DNA of 32,000 bases. It comes from Cuniculiplasma divulgatum (lineage in GTDB: Archaea > Thermoplasmatota > Thermoplasmata > Thermoplasmatales > Thermoplasmataceae). The notes under the pieces are model-generated. The model was not told the DNA's origin and ran no database searches. It was given only the letters and a program-made list of their open reading frames with translations. Made by a program: the position numbers and the translations under genes. This document shows positions 7,218-16,880 of this stretch, piece by piece. The stretch covers positions 1,380,001 to 1,412,000 of the forward strand of contig NZ_LT671858.1 in NCBI RefSeq assembly GCF_900083515.1, given 5' to 3'. Numbering within the stretch: the first letter of the stretch is position 1; each line of letters opens with the position of its first letter.

Positions 7218-8188
7218 AAAATTTTACTGATAGTAATAAAGGCAGTTCCATTATTACTAATAAGAATAATGAGAACGAGGGTAAAAACATTTCTACCTCT
7301 GAAAGGATTGAAATTGCCAGAGAGGCAATAAACTTTTTAACGGCTTATCCAAGAATAAGGGCCATACTTGTATCGCCACATGATAAAATTCCATTTGAAC
7401 ACGCCTGGCAGAGTTCCCGTAATTATCCGGTGTCATCCGAAAAGGTACATAACTATCTTCTAAAAGGAGGCAACTGGGGGTTGATGCACCCGGCAGGCAT
7501 GTCTATTGGAATTGACGAGGACAATGAAAAAATAAGAAATGCGGCACTATCTCTGGGGGACACTGCAAGATTTAATACTGGAACACCAGGGCATTTTTGT
7601 GATCTATTTTTAATCAAGGATGAACCGGTAGGCAATATTCCGTTAATAGATGGGGCTTATATAAGGGGGAAAGGTGGCCAGAATCTTGGGCCGGGTTCTA
7701 TACACCCGAATGGCAACATATACGGAAGTATATATTTACATTTAGTCCCCCCTGTCGTTGTAACCAAATCTGAATTGTTAGAGGTATTCAAACCTTATAT
7801 CAAAGGCAAAGAAAAGCTGTCAAAAAACGATTCAAAACCGGAATATAAACAGCCGTTAAACCCCGATTCCCTTACAATGAAAGACCTGATTAATGTTTCC
7901 GGTTTTAAGCAAAGTGGATCAAAATATCAGGGGCCACATCCAATACATGGAAGCACAACTGGAAATAATTTTGTTGTTGATTTCGAGTTAAACGAATGGC
8001 ATTGTTTCCGGCATGGCACAGGCGGAGGGCCTCTTCAGTGGATAGCCGTTTCCACGGGGGTTTTTGGATGCGAGGAATCGGTTCCTGGAAAGATAAAGGG
8101 AGATTTGTTTTGGCAAGTGATAGCTGCAGCCCATAACAGATACGCGTTAAGCTATGAAAAACTTGCAAAAGCCTTAGGGAGTGCATAA
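7214..8188 (+). CDS. Prim-pol type (archaeo-eukaryotic primase superfamily) primase/polymerase with C-terminal His/Cys metal-binding-like motif
   Basis: Acidic motif GMSIGIDEDN, TGTPGHFCDLF (sGxGxH-like) and GKGGQNLGPGSIHPNG, which is the prim-pol motif order. The C-terminus reads HPIHGSTTGNNFVVDFELNEWHCFRHGTGGG. The ORF-track start is 7178; ATG 7214 is preferred because of the ATGA overlap. Confidence 0.65.
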   Translation: MKNFTDSNKGSSIITNKNNENEGKNISTSERIEIAREAINFLTAYPRIRAILVSPHDKIPFEHAWQSSRNYPVSSEKVHNYLLKGGNWGLMHPAGMSIGIDEDNEKIRNAALSLGDTARFNTGTPGHFCDLFLIKDEPVGNIPLIDGAYIRGKGGQNLGPGSIHPNGNIYGSIYLHLVPPVVVTKSELLEVFKPYIKGKEKLSKNDSKPEYKQPLNPDSLTMKDLINVSGFKQSGSKYQGPHPIHGSTTGNNFVVDFELNEWHCFRHGTGGGPLQWIAVSTGVFGCEESVPGKIKGDLFWQVIAAAHNRYALSYEKLAKALGSA

Positions 8189-8189
8189 A

Positions 8190-10421
8190 ATGGCAAGCAA
8201 AGATAACAAAGATACAGCAGAGGATGCCAAAAGGAAATTCAAAGAAGCTGAAATGAGGGAAAATCCTATTGCGAGGGCCTTAAAGCTTCTTGCGGGCACG
8301 GATACGGATCACGCTTCCGAGGAAAACGGAAAGGGCTTCAACAAAACCGACACGGAACTGGGGCATGCACTAGCCAAAAAAGAGACCTTGACCTATGAAG
8401 AATTGAAAACCGCGAAAACTATTCTAAGGAAATACAAGGCACAACTGGGTGCGAACCTCTATCTTGAGGTTATCAACTTCACTCCAAGCAACAAAAGTGA
8501 TGCAGAAAAACAGGAAAACATGAGTGCCATTTATAAAACACGCTTTAATCTTGATGGCTTCCATTATGCCGAGTTTTCAGACAATGGGCAGTTCAGGTTT
8601 CTGAAGTATAGGGATGGTTCCTTCGAGGTTGTGGATAGTGTCGAGGTTCCGGATCCTGAAGTTCCTGAAAATAAGTACACTGTAATGCCGGCTCCGCAGA
8701 TAGCTCAAACAAAGAAAGATAGAATACTTCAGGAAGAGGAAACGGAATCCGTCAAATTTCCTGGGAAACCTCAAGAATACGATTCGGACTACGGACTCTT
8801 CAATGAGATAAGAGGATTCATTCACACTTACATAGAACTAAGGCCGGATGACGAGATTGTTCTCTCACTATACACGATGAAAGCTGTCCTCTTTGATGCC
8901 CTCAAGGATTCCTCCTTCCCGTTCGTGCACATGATTGCCCCATACGGCAAAGGGAAATCCCGCCTGCTGACTGTCCTGTGTGAGTTAACCCCATACGGCT
9001 TTTATGCTATAGATATTAAGTCAGCACCTTTGAAGCGTGTTTCCGAACTCTACAAAGTAATATTGTTTGTTGATGAGAAGGGGCAGATGGACCAGGAAAC
9101 TTCAGCAATGATCAATGCGAAGTATAATCGCAATTCGATCGTGCTCAATGCAAGCACCGAGATACAGTCAGGGTTCAGCTCCATTATTGGTTACTCTATC
9201 TACGGCCCTATGTTACTTGCCGGAAGAGAGCCGTTCAAGGACGATGCGATAGAATCAAAAAGCTTGCAGATCAACATGGATTATCCATTGAACCGTGAGG
9301 ACATCCCACGAAAAATCAAAGGAAAGGTATATGATGGATACATAGCAAAGGCCCGGGAACTCAGAAGCAAGTTGCTGCAATTCCGTATAAACTGGCACGA
9401 CAAAATAAATAATGTGCAGCCAAGTGAATTCCTGAAGAAATATGAAGACAAGACTGAACCCCGGCTTTTTGAAGTCATATCATTTTTTGAAGATCTAATC
9501 GAGATAATTCCGGAAATCAAACCCGAAATCACGAAGGTTCTGGAAGACCAGATCATAAGAAATGTTGAGGTTGCGATGGGGACTCCCAACGGCATTATAG
9601 CTGAAACACTCCTCAACAAGATTGATTCAGGCGAGGATCAGTGCGAATATACAATAAATGGGAAAGCACATACGGGGATATATCTCACCTCGATCTATGA
9701 GGATATTGGAGAGAACTATAAACAGAGAGCTGGGAGAATCCTTGCTGGACTGGGCATCAAGACAGACAGGCCAAGGGTAGAATTGACACGCAAAACACAG
9801 GACCGGACGGAAACGTACAAGAAGAAAATATCCGTTGTCAGGATTCCGGATGACAAAAAGCTCAATGAATTGAAATCCAGATATGACCCAGAATACATGA
9901 AAGCAATTTTAGCCAGTATTTTAAAGGCTCAGCAAGCAATCGTGGACGAACATGACAAACAGGACGAACAACTGGGAACCCGACATAAAAAAAATGAAGA
10001 GAAAGAGGATAATGAAAAAAAAGACGGGGGCTTCTATAATAATCGTCCTAATAGTCCTAATCGTCCAGCACTGGATGGTAAACCCGCAATTTCCGATGCC
10101 CAGAGTGATTTTTATACTAGCAAGGAAATGAGAAGAGACCCAGAACCCGTTTATATTCCTCCTGAAAAATCCAATGCCGAGATAACTAAGGATCTTATCG
10201 AAAAAATAAAGGAGAGATTAGCCACTGAGAAATTTATACTGGATGGCAATACTGCCGCTTCGTTTGACAAGAAAGACTTCCAGCTATATGTTCATCCAAC
10301 TGAACTTTCTATGGATCGATTTATTCATTTAAAGGGGATTATGAAAGGTTTCGGCTTTGAGTATTCTTCTATCCAGGAGCCGTATGGAATTAGGTTCATT
10401 CGCAAGCTAGGGGATGTATGA
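8190..10421 (+). CDS. Large P-loop NTPase, putative replicative helicase/initiator of the element
   Basis: Walker A APYGKGKSRL and Walker B ILFVDEKG. Charged low-complexity linker (DEHDKQDEQ...EEKEDNEKKD). It starts 2 nt after the prim-pol stop. Confidence 0.55.
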   Translation: MASKDNKDTAEDAKRKFKEAEMRENPIARALKLLAGTDTDHASEENGKGFNKTDTELGHALAKKETLTYEELKTAKTILRKYKAQLGANLYLEVINFTPSNKSDAEKQENMSAIYKTRFNLDGFHYAEFSDNGQFRFLKYRDGSFEVVDSVEVPDPEVPENKYTVMPAPQIAQTKKDRILQEEETESVKFPGKPQEYDSDYGLFNEIRGFIHTYIELRPDDEIVLSLYTMKAVLFDALKDSSFPFVHMIAPYGKGKSRLLTVLCELTPYGFYAIDIKSAPLKRVSELYKVILFVDEKGQMDQETSAMINAKYNRNSIVLNASTEIQSGFSSIIGYSIYGPMLLAGREPFKDDAIESKSLQINMDYPLNREDIPRKIKGKVYDGYIAKARELRSKLLQFRINWHDKINNVQPSEFLKKYEDKTEPRLFEVISFFEDLIEIIPEIKPEITKVLEDQIIRNVEVAMGTPNGIIAETLLNKIDSGEDQCEYTINGKAHTGIYLTSIYEDIGENYKQRAGRILAGLGIKTDRPRVELTRKTQDRTETYKKKISVVRIPDDKKLNELKSRYDPEYMKAILASILKAQQAIVDEHDKQDEQLGTRHKKNEEKEDNEKKDGGFYNNRPNSPNRPALDGKPAISDAQSDFYTSKEMRRDPEPVYIPPEKSNAEITKDLIEKIKERLATEKFILDGNTAASFDKKDFQLYVHPTELSMDRFIHLKGIMKGFGFEYSSIQEPYGIRFIRKLGDV

Positions 10422-11143
10422 TCAATGATTAATACCGTGTTTTAGAAAAAAACAAAAGGCTTGAAATTCAATGTTTTTCAGGGAGCAAGAATGGCATTCC
10501 CTGAAGATATTGGGGATGAAGAAGCTGGGGAACTTTAACGATAAATCTTTTACAAACCACGTGTAATATTACCTTTAAGACATTTTAACCACATTATTTC
10601 TTTTATATAAAGCTGTCTTATAAAATTAAATCCCTGTAAAATTGCCTTTTTTCGCATTTTCCTTATAATTTTTAATAGGTCTTATCTTCTGTATGATAAA
10701 ACGTAATCATGCGTCAAAACTATTTATCCTAACAATGATGGGTTTTTCCCAATTTCATAAAGACATATATAATTACTACAAACAGTATTTATATCTCCAG
10801 GACAAGCATTTTACTGAGGAAATAGCATATTAAATAATTATTCGTCCAACAGCATATAATTGACATAACCATCATTGAAATTTTGAAGTCCTAGTAAAAC
10901 CAGCATAGTATCAGTAATCAGATAGAACGTTGAGACATACTATATCATCGGTATTTGAATTATGCGTGATGGAAGATAAATTGGTTTAGATCACAATATA
11001 ATTAACTTCATAGTAGTAACACCTTGCCATTTAGCTATAATTTGTCCACTGAAATTAACCACGTAATAATAAAATCAAGGATATTCATGTTCTATGGCGT
11101 AGAAACTTTTATATTTGCTCTTGCGCTGATACTTTTGAATTCT

Positions 11144-12667
11144 ATGGCAGTTGATTGTTTTAGCAAAATTACAAAAAATGACCTGGTTAAACTGGTGGAT
11201 AATGCTGCAGACCTGATACGGACATCTGTGGATTATAAATATATTCTTGTCCTTTTATTTATCAAAAGATTGAGCGACAGATGGAATGAAGAAATTGATG
11301 ATGCTATCTCAGAAATTATGGAGGAAACAGGCATTGACGAATCAGAGGCTAGAAAACGTGCAGTCAGCAATGAATTCCATAGTTTTATGGTTCCTGAGAA
11401 TGTTCTCTGGAACAATATAAGGAAAGATAGGGATAAACTCACAGAAAATATGTCAAGAGCCATAAATGAAATAGCAAAGCAAAACAAAGAGCTTGATGGA
11501 GTAGTAAACAGAATAGATTTCATAGATTTTACCAAGACCCGGGAAAACAGGCTCCTTCTTGAGCAACTATTTGCCTTATTCGATAAATACAACTTTTCAA
11601 ATAAATGCATAGAGGGCGATGCAATGGGAGATGCCTATGAGCATATACTTATGAGATTCGCACCTGAAAAAGCTAAGGAAGGAGAGGTTTATACGCCCAG
11701 GGAAGTGGTAAGGCTTATGGTTGACATATTAGACCCACAACCAGGCATGAGCGTTTACGATCCAGCATGCGGATCAGGCGGAATGCTCATAGAGGCCTAT
11801 GAACATGTTAAATCAAGAATGGGAGTGGATAAGGCAAATAGAGTAGGTCTTTATGGAGAGGAGAGAAGCCCAACCACATATGCTCTTGCTAAAATGAACA
11901 CAATCCTTCACGATATATCAGAATCACACCTGGAAGTTGGAGACAGCCTCCTTTATCCTAAATTCAAGACAGCTTCCGGCTTGCGCCATTTCGATTTTGT
12001 TCTTGCGAATCCCCCATGGTCACAGAAAGGTTATGGCGAGGACACGTTGAAGCAGGCAGAATTCAAGGATAGATATGCCTATGGCTTCGTTCCACAGAGG
12101 TATGGAGACTGGGCATGGATTGAACACATGCTTTACACAGCAAAATCCAAAGTAGCAGTGATTATGGATCAGGGGGCACTCTTTAGAAGCAATTCAGAAA
12201 AAATTATCAGGCAAAAAATTGTTGATGAAAAACTTCTTGATTCGGTTATTCTTTTGCCTGAAAAGATTTTCTACAATACAGGTGCAGCAGGAGTTATACT
12301 TATTTTTAATAAGGAAAAGAAGGAAGAATACAAGGATAAGGTATTATTCATAGATGCATCTAAGGAATACGGGAAGCATCCAGATATGAGGAAATTGAAT
12401 ATTATTACCAATGATAATATTGACCACATAGTTTCAGCATACAGAAAATTCGAATCAATTGATGGATTTTCAAAAGTTGTCAGTGTAGACGAGATAAAAG
12501 CAAAGGATTATAATTTAAATGTCACCACTTTTGTGAGCCCTATTAGCAATGAGAGTTCAATAGACATAACAGGCACTATTGAGAAATTGGATGGTATTAA
12601 TGCTGATTTAAGTGAAGTTGAGGAAAAGCTTAATGGTTATCTAAAGGAGCTGGGTTATATTGACTAA
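11144..12667 (+). CDS. hsdM: Type I restriction-modification system, methyltransferase subunit
   Basis: N-terminal HsdM domain (LIRTSVDYKYILVLLFIKRLSD), SAM motif DPACGSGGML and catalytic motif ANPPWS. The ORF track begins at TTG 11024; ATG 11144 fits family N-termini. Confidence 0.9.
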   Translation: MAVDCFSKITKNDLVKLVDNAADLIRTSVDYKYILVLLFIKRLSDRWNEEIDDAISEIMEETGIDESEARKRAVSNEFHSFMVPENVLWNNIRKDRDKLTENMSRAINEIAKQNKELDGVVNRIDFIDFTKTRENRLLLEQLFALFDKYNFSNKCIEGDAMGDAYEHILMRFAPEKAKEGEVYTPREVVRLMVDILDPQPGMSVYDPACGSGGMLIEAYEHVKSRMGVDKANRVGLYGEERSPTTYALAKMNTILHDISESHLEVGDSLLYPKFKTASGLRHFDFVLANPPWSQKGYGEDTLKQAEFKDRYAYGFVPQRYGDWAWIEHMLYTAKSKVAVIMDQGALFRSNSEKIIRQKIVDEKLLDSVILLPEKIFYNTGAAGVILIFNKEKKEEYKDKVLFIDASKEYGKHPDMRKLNIITNDNIDHIVSAYRKFESIDGFSKVVSVDEIKAKDYNLNVTTFVSPISNESSIDITGTIEKLDGINADLSEVEEKLNGYLKELGYID

Positions 12668-12680
12668 AGTAGGATATAAG

Positions 12681-13889
12681 ATGACAGAGATTGGGGAGAT
12701 ACCTGAAGAGTGGGAAGCTAAACCGTTAAGCAAAGTAGCTACATATATTAATGGAATGGCTTTTAAACCCAGCGAATGGAGAAATAGCGGAATACCAATA
12801 GTTAGAATTGAAAATCTAAATAGCATTAATGCTTCGTTTAATTATTATCAGGGAAAATTTGATAGTAGATATCTTTTAGGCAACGGAGAAATTTTACTTT
12901 CATGGTCGGCCAGTCTTGGTGTTTATATCTGGAACCGCGGTAAAGCATTGCTTAATCAACATATATTCAAGGTAATACCAGTCGAAAATGTTTCTAAACA
13001 GTTTTTATTCTGGGTTTTACATAAAGCAGTGGAAAACCTTAGTCAAACCACCCATGGTTCTACCATGAAACATTTTAAAAAAGGACAATTAGAAAAAACA
13101 TTAATCTGGTTACCGCCGCTTCCTGAGCAGCAAAAAATAGCAGAAATACTCGCCACAGCAGATGATGAAATCCAGAAAGTGGATGAACAGATAACTCTGA
13201 CCGAACAGTTCAAGAAGGGTCTGATGCAGAGACTTCTTACCAGGGGTATTGGACATACAAGGTTCAAAACGACTGAGATTGGGGAGATACCTGAAGAGTG
13301 GGATGTCAAAAAAATAAGAGAACTTAGACAAAATATATATTATGGGATTACAGCTAAGGCAACTAAAGAAAATACAAATCTAAGAATGTTAAGAACAACA
13401 GACATTAAAAATTTTAAATTTGATTTAAATAATTTACCTTTTTGTCAAATAACAGAGAAAAGGTCAGATTTATCAAAATATTTTTTAAAAAGAAATGATA
13501 TTATCATAGCAAGAGCCGGAACTGTTGGCGTATCTATTTTAGTTGAAGAAAACTTAAACAATGTTCTTTTCGGTTCCTATCTTATAAAAATAATATTTAA
13601 ACAGGAAACAATAGACATGCCATTTATCCATTATTATTTTCAATCTCAATTATACTGGAACAATATATCCAATGCCCAGGGAAGTACAATAAAAAACATA
13701 AATCTTCCATTTCTCAATTCCCTTGAAATTCCGTTACCACCGATTCCAGAGCAGCAGAAAATAGCAGAAATACTCTCCACAGTAGATAACAAACTGGAAC
13801 TGCTGGGAACCAAAAGAGACAAACTTAATGTTCTGAAAAAGGGCTTGATGAATGATCTCCTTACAGGTAAGGTCAGGGTGAAAGTATGA
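12681..13889 (+). CDS. hsdS: Type I R-M specificity subunit (two TRDs)
   Basis: Two half-repeats: TEIGEIPEEWE..LPPLPEQQKIAEILATADDEI and TEIGEIPEEWD..LPPIPEQQKIAEILSTVDNKL, each followed by a coiled-coil conserved region. Confidence 0.9.
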   Translation: MTEIGEIPEEWEAKPLSKVATYINGMAFKPSEWRNSGIPIVRIENLNSINASFNYYQGKFDSRYLLGNGEILLSWSASLGVYIWNRGKALLNQHIFKVIPVENVSKQFLFWVLHKAVENLSQTTHGSTMKHFKKGQLEKTLIWLPPLPEQQKIAEILATADDEIQKVDEQITLTEQFKKGLMQRLLTRGIGHTRFKTTEIGEIPEEWDVKKIRELRQNIYYGITAKATKENTNLRMLRTTDIKNFKFDLNNLPFCQITEKRSDLSKYFLKRNDIIIARAGTVGVSILVEENLNNVLFGSYLIKIIFKQETIDMPFIHYYFQSQLYWNNISNAQGSTIKNINLPFLNSLEIPLPPIPEQQKIAEILSTVDNKLELLGTKRDKLNVLKKGLMNDLLTGKVRVKV

Positions 13890-16870
13890 GTTTTGATGAA
13901 GCTTCAAGTGAAAGGTGGATTATAGAAAAACTCCAGGAATTGGGATGGACATATAGTACTGCTGAAGAATTAGAGGATATGGAAGATAATAAGTTCTTTC
14001 TCAGGGAAACACTCCTAAACAGCCTGAGGAGGATGAATCCAATACCCGATTCACTCATTTCAGATGCAGTTTCAAAGCTTGAAGAGCTTACACCATCTAA
14101 GGATGGAAATTCTAAATTCTTGAACTTCTTGAAGAATGGTATAAATGTTATTGACGAAAACCGGCAGATCCATACAGTTAAATTGCTTGACGGGTTAAAT
14201 AAATATAATAACAGCTTTATTGTAACAAACCAGCTCAGCATACATGGCAAGTCAAATAAACGCCCTGATATTTTGCTGTTTGTTAATGGTATTCCTATTG
14301 TAATAATGGAAAACAAAAATCCATACAATGCAGGCAGCATAGACGAGGCATATAACCAGATAAAGGGATACGAAGAAAGTATTGATGGATTGTTCACATA
14401 CCTGCAAATTGCTGTAATTAACAATGGCATAAAAGGGGAACTCTTCCCATTGTTCTTCAATGAAAAGGGCAAGGATACACGGGCAAAGTGGAAAGCATCA
14501 TACCCGATGGAAAACCAACAGGGAAGTGAGTTTGAAATCCTGCTACAGGGAGTTTTTGATACAGATAACTTTGTAAAAATTCTGTTAAATTATACGCATA
14601 TCAGAAAGAAAGCCGACAGAAATGAGAAGATCATAGCCAGATATATGCAGTTCAGGGCCACCGAGAAAATACTTAATAGAATTTATGGCAATATGGACAA
14701 AACTTTAAAGAACCCGGAGAAAACCGGTTTGATATGGCACTGGCAGGGTTCCGGCAAGACTCTTATAATGGCATATACAGCATACCAGTTAAGAAAATCC
14801 TTACCAGATGCAACTATACTCATAGTTGTGGACAGGAAAGACCTGGATAATCAGGCACTATCAAGCTTCTCGGATATACAGGGCCTGGAACTTACAAGGG
14901 ACATTAAGAACACAACAGAGCTTGGAGACCTTATTGCCTACAACAATGGCAATGCCCAGCCTGGAATATTCATTGTAACCATTCAGAAATTCAGCCCTGA
15001 AAATTTCAGATCTATCGTTAAGAACTCTACTCTGAATAACAATGTGATATGCCTGGTTGATGAGAGCCACAGGACACAGTACGGATTAATGGCAGGAACT
15101 TTTAGAAATGCGTTTCCCGATGCATTTGTATTCGGATTCACTGGAACTCCGATAAGGAAGAAATCTGGCGGAAATGTAAGAAACACCTTTGAGGAATTCT
15201 GCCCTCCCGGCGAGATTTACCTTGACAGGTATACAATGAAGGATGCCCAGGATGATGGTTTCACTGTTCCAATTGCCTATGAATACAATGCAGCTATTCC
15301 AGCGGTTAAAGATCGCATAATTAATGAAGCACTTGAACATGATGAGGAAACGGAAGGCCTTACAGAATCCGAAAAGGATCTTCTGAACAGAAAGATAAAG
15401 GTTATCAAGGAATTATATAAAACAGATGCCAATGTTGATACAATAGCAAGGGATGTTGCAAACCATTTTAAAAATGAAGTGGAAAACACTAATTCCGGAT
15501 TGAAAGCCATGCTTGTTGCCGTGGACAGGGAAGCATGTGTAATGTACAAGAGAAAGCTGGATAAATTGCTTGCACCGGAAACATCAGAGATTGTAATGAC
15601 ATTTGGACATAATGAATCATCCAGTCTAATAAGCGAATACAGGGATGAACTCCAGAAGAGAACAGGCAAGGATGCCAAGCAGGCATGCAAAGAATTCACT
15701 GAAAATTATAATACCTCTGAAAATCCGAAAATACTCATAGTTACCGATATGCTGCTTACCGGTTTTGACTCACCGAAGCTGTGGGTTATGTACCTTGCCA
15801 AACCACTCTTTGAAGAACGCCTTCTCCAGGCAATAGGGCGTACTGACAGGCCATTTAGGGATAAGGATTATGGCTATATTATTGATTACGTGTACCTCCT
15901 GGGGACACTGAACAAAACACTGAAGAAATATGAAGGAGGATCATCGAAGCCAGGTATCGGGGGCATAGTCATATCAAGGGAGGAAATTGAAAAGAATTTT
16001 GTTGAATTGCTGGATCAAACCTATGCCATATTCGTAGATTACGATTTCTCTGACAATAGCCACGACAACCTTAACAAACTGATAAAGATTCTTTCAGATC
16101 CGGAAATATCGGATAGATTTGAGAAGAATTTTAGAAAATTAACGGCAATGCTTAACCTACCCAGGGCAAAGACATACCTCATATCACATATGGATAAATA
16201 CAGGCAACTTGCAAGGGCATATGGCATATATGTCAATAACCTGAAGCTTGGTACAGTTGATGGTGAAAAGGTGCAGGAGGCATATGAAAGGGTAAAGAAG
16301 ATAATCAGCGAGAACTTCTTCCTGGATGTGGAAAACCGTGGCAATTTTACCATAGACAGGGATTACCTTAACAGGCTTGGAAAAACAAGGGATTATGGTT
16401 CTGCATTGAGGGCATTGAATACCTGGCACACGGAACTCTCTAATAGAAAATACGGGTATCCCGGCCTTCTGGAGAGGATAGTAAACGCATACCAGAAACT
16501 TCTAAATGCTAAAGCAGTGAATGATGAAATACTTCAACAGATAAAATCAATCAAGGACACAATGGATTCAATTAAAGAATCAGAATCAACTGAAGGTGAA
16601 ACAAAAGCCGCCTTCAGGGAAGCAATAAAAAATTCTATAGGCGATGTTAATGATGATCTATTCAATGCATTCTGTGAGGATCTGGCTGTCCGGCCAGGAA
16701 TAAAAGCACTTCTGAAAGGGGAAAAAATTGTGCGGAAAATCGATAGGACGAAGATCAAAAGATCAATAAGATATGCGTACATAAAAGTTTTCGGTACCGG
16801 TGATTTCGAAAAAGAGGATACATCTATAGACATTATATATAAAAACCTGGGTGAAACATTTGAATTCTGA
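13886..16870 (+). CDS. hsdR: Type I R-M restriction/helicase subunit
   Basis: 994 aa. N-terminal nuclease-like region (RPDILLFVNGIPIVIMENK), Walker A WQGSGKT, DEAH-box LVDESHR and the later helicase motif TDMLLTGFDSP. ATGA overlap with hsdS. Confidence 0.9.
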   Translation: MSFDEASSERWIIEKLQELGWTYSTAEELEDMEDNKFFLRETLLNSLRRMNPIPDSLISDAVSKLEELTPSKDGNSKFLNFLKNGINVIDENRQIHTVKLLDGLNKYNNSFIVTNQLSIHGKSNKRPDILLFVNGIPIVIMENKNPYNAGSIDEAYNQIKGYEESIDGLFTYLQIAVINNGIKGELFPLFFNEKGKDTRAKWKASYPMENQQGSEFEILLQGVFDTDNFVKILLNYTHIRKKADRNEKIIARYMQFRATEKILNRIYGNMDKTLKNPEKTGLIWHWQGSGKTLIMAYTAYQLRKSLPDATILIVVDRKDLDNQALSSFSDIQGLELTRDIKNTTELGDLIAYNNGNAQPGIFIVTIQKFSPENFRSIVKNSTLNNNVICLVDESHRTQYGLMAGTFRNAFPDAFVFGFTGTPIRKKSGGNVRNTFEEFCPPGEIYLDRYTMKDAQDDGFTVPIAYEYNAAIPAVKDRIINEALEHDEETEGLTESEKDLLNRKIKVIKELYKTDANVDTIARDVANHFKNEVENTNSGLKAMLVAVDREACVMYKRKLDKLLAPETSEIVMTFGHNESSSLISEYRDELQKRTGKDAKQACKEFTENYNTSENPKILIVTDMLLTGFDSPKLWVMYLAKPLFEERLLQAIGRTDRPFRDKDYGYIIDYVYLLGTLNKTLKKYEGGSSKPGIGGIVISREEIEKNFVELLDQTYAIFVDYDFSDNSHDNLNKLIKILSDPEISDRFEKNFRKLTAMLNLPRAKTYLISHMDKYRQLARAYGIYVNNLKLGTVDGEKVQEAYERVKKIISENFFLDVENRGNFTIDRDYLNRLGKTRDYGSALRALNTWHTELSNRKYGYPGLLERIVNAYQKLLNAKAVNDEILQQIKSIKDTMDSIKESESTEGETKAAFREAIKNSIGDVNDDLFNAFCEDLAVRPGIKALLKGEKIVRKIDRTKIKRSIRYAYIKVFGTGDFEKEDTSIDIIYKNLGETFEF

Positions 16871-16880
16871 AGTAATTATA

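Noticed and set aside
12681-13889. Possible hsdS phase-variation shufflon, suggested by the internal repeats
   Set aside because: There is only one hsdS. No inverted silent hsdS copy and no invertase lies next to it. The repeats are direct and correspond to the normal two-fold architecture of S subunits.
14861-16833. Multiple 60-140-aa minus-strand ORFs inside hsdR (for example 15277-15699 and 16039-16353)
   Set aside because: They are antisense to a strongly supported 994-aa helicase gene and have low-complexity Ser/Leu-rich translations. They are shadow ORFs.
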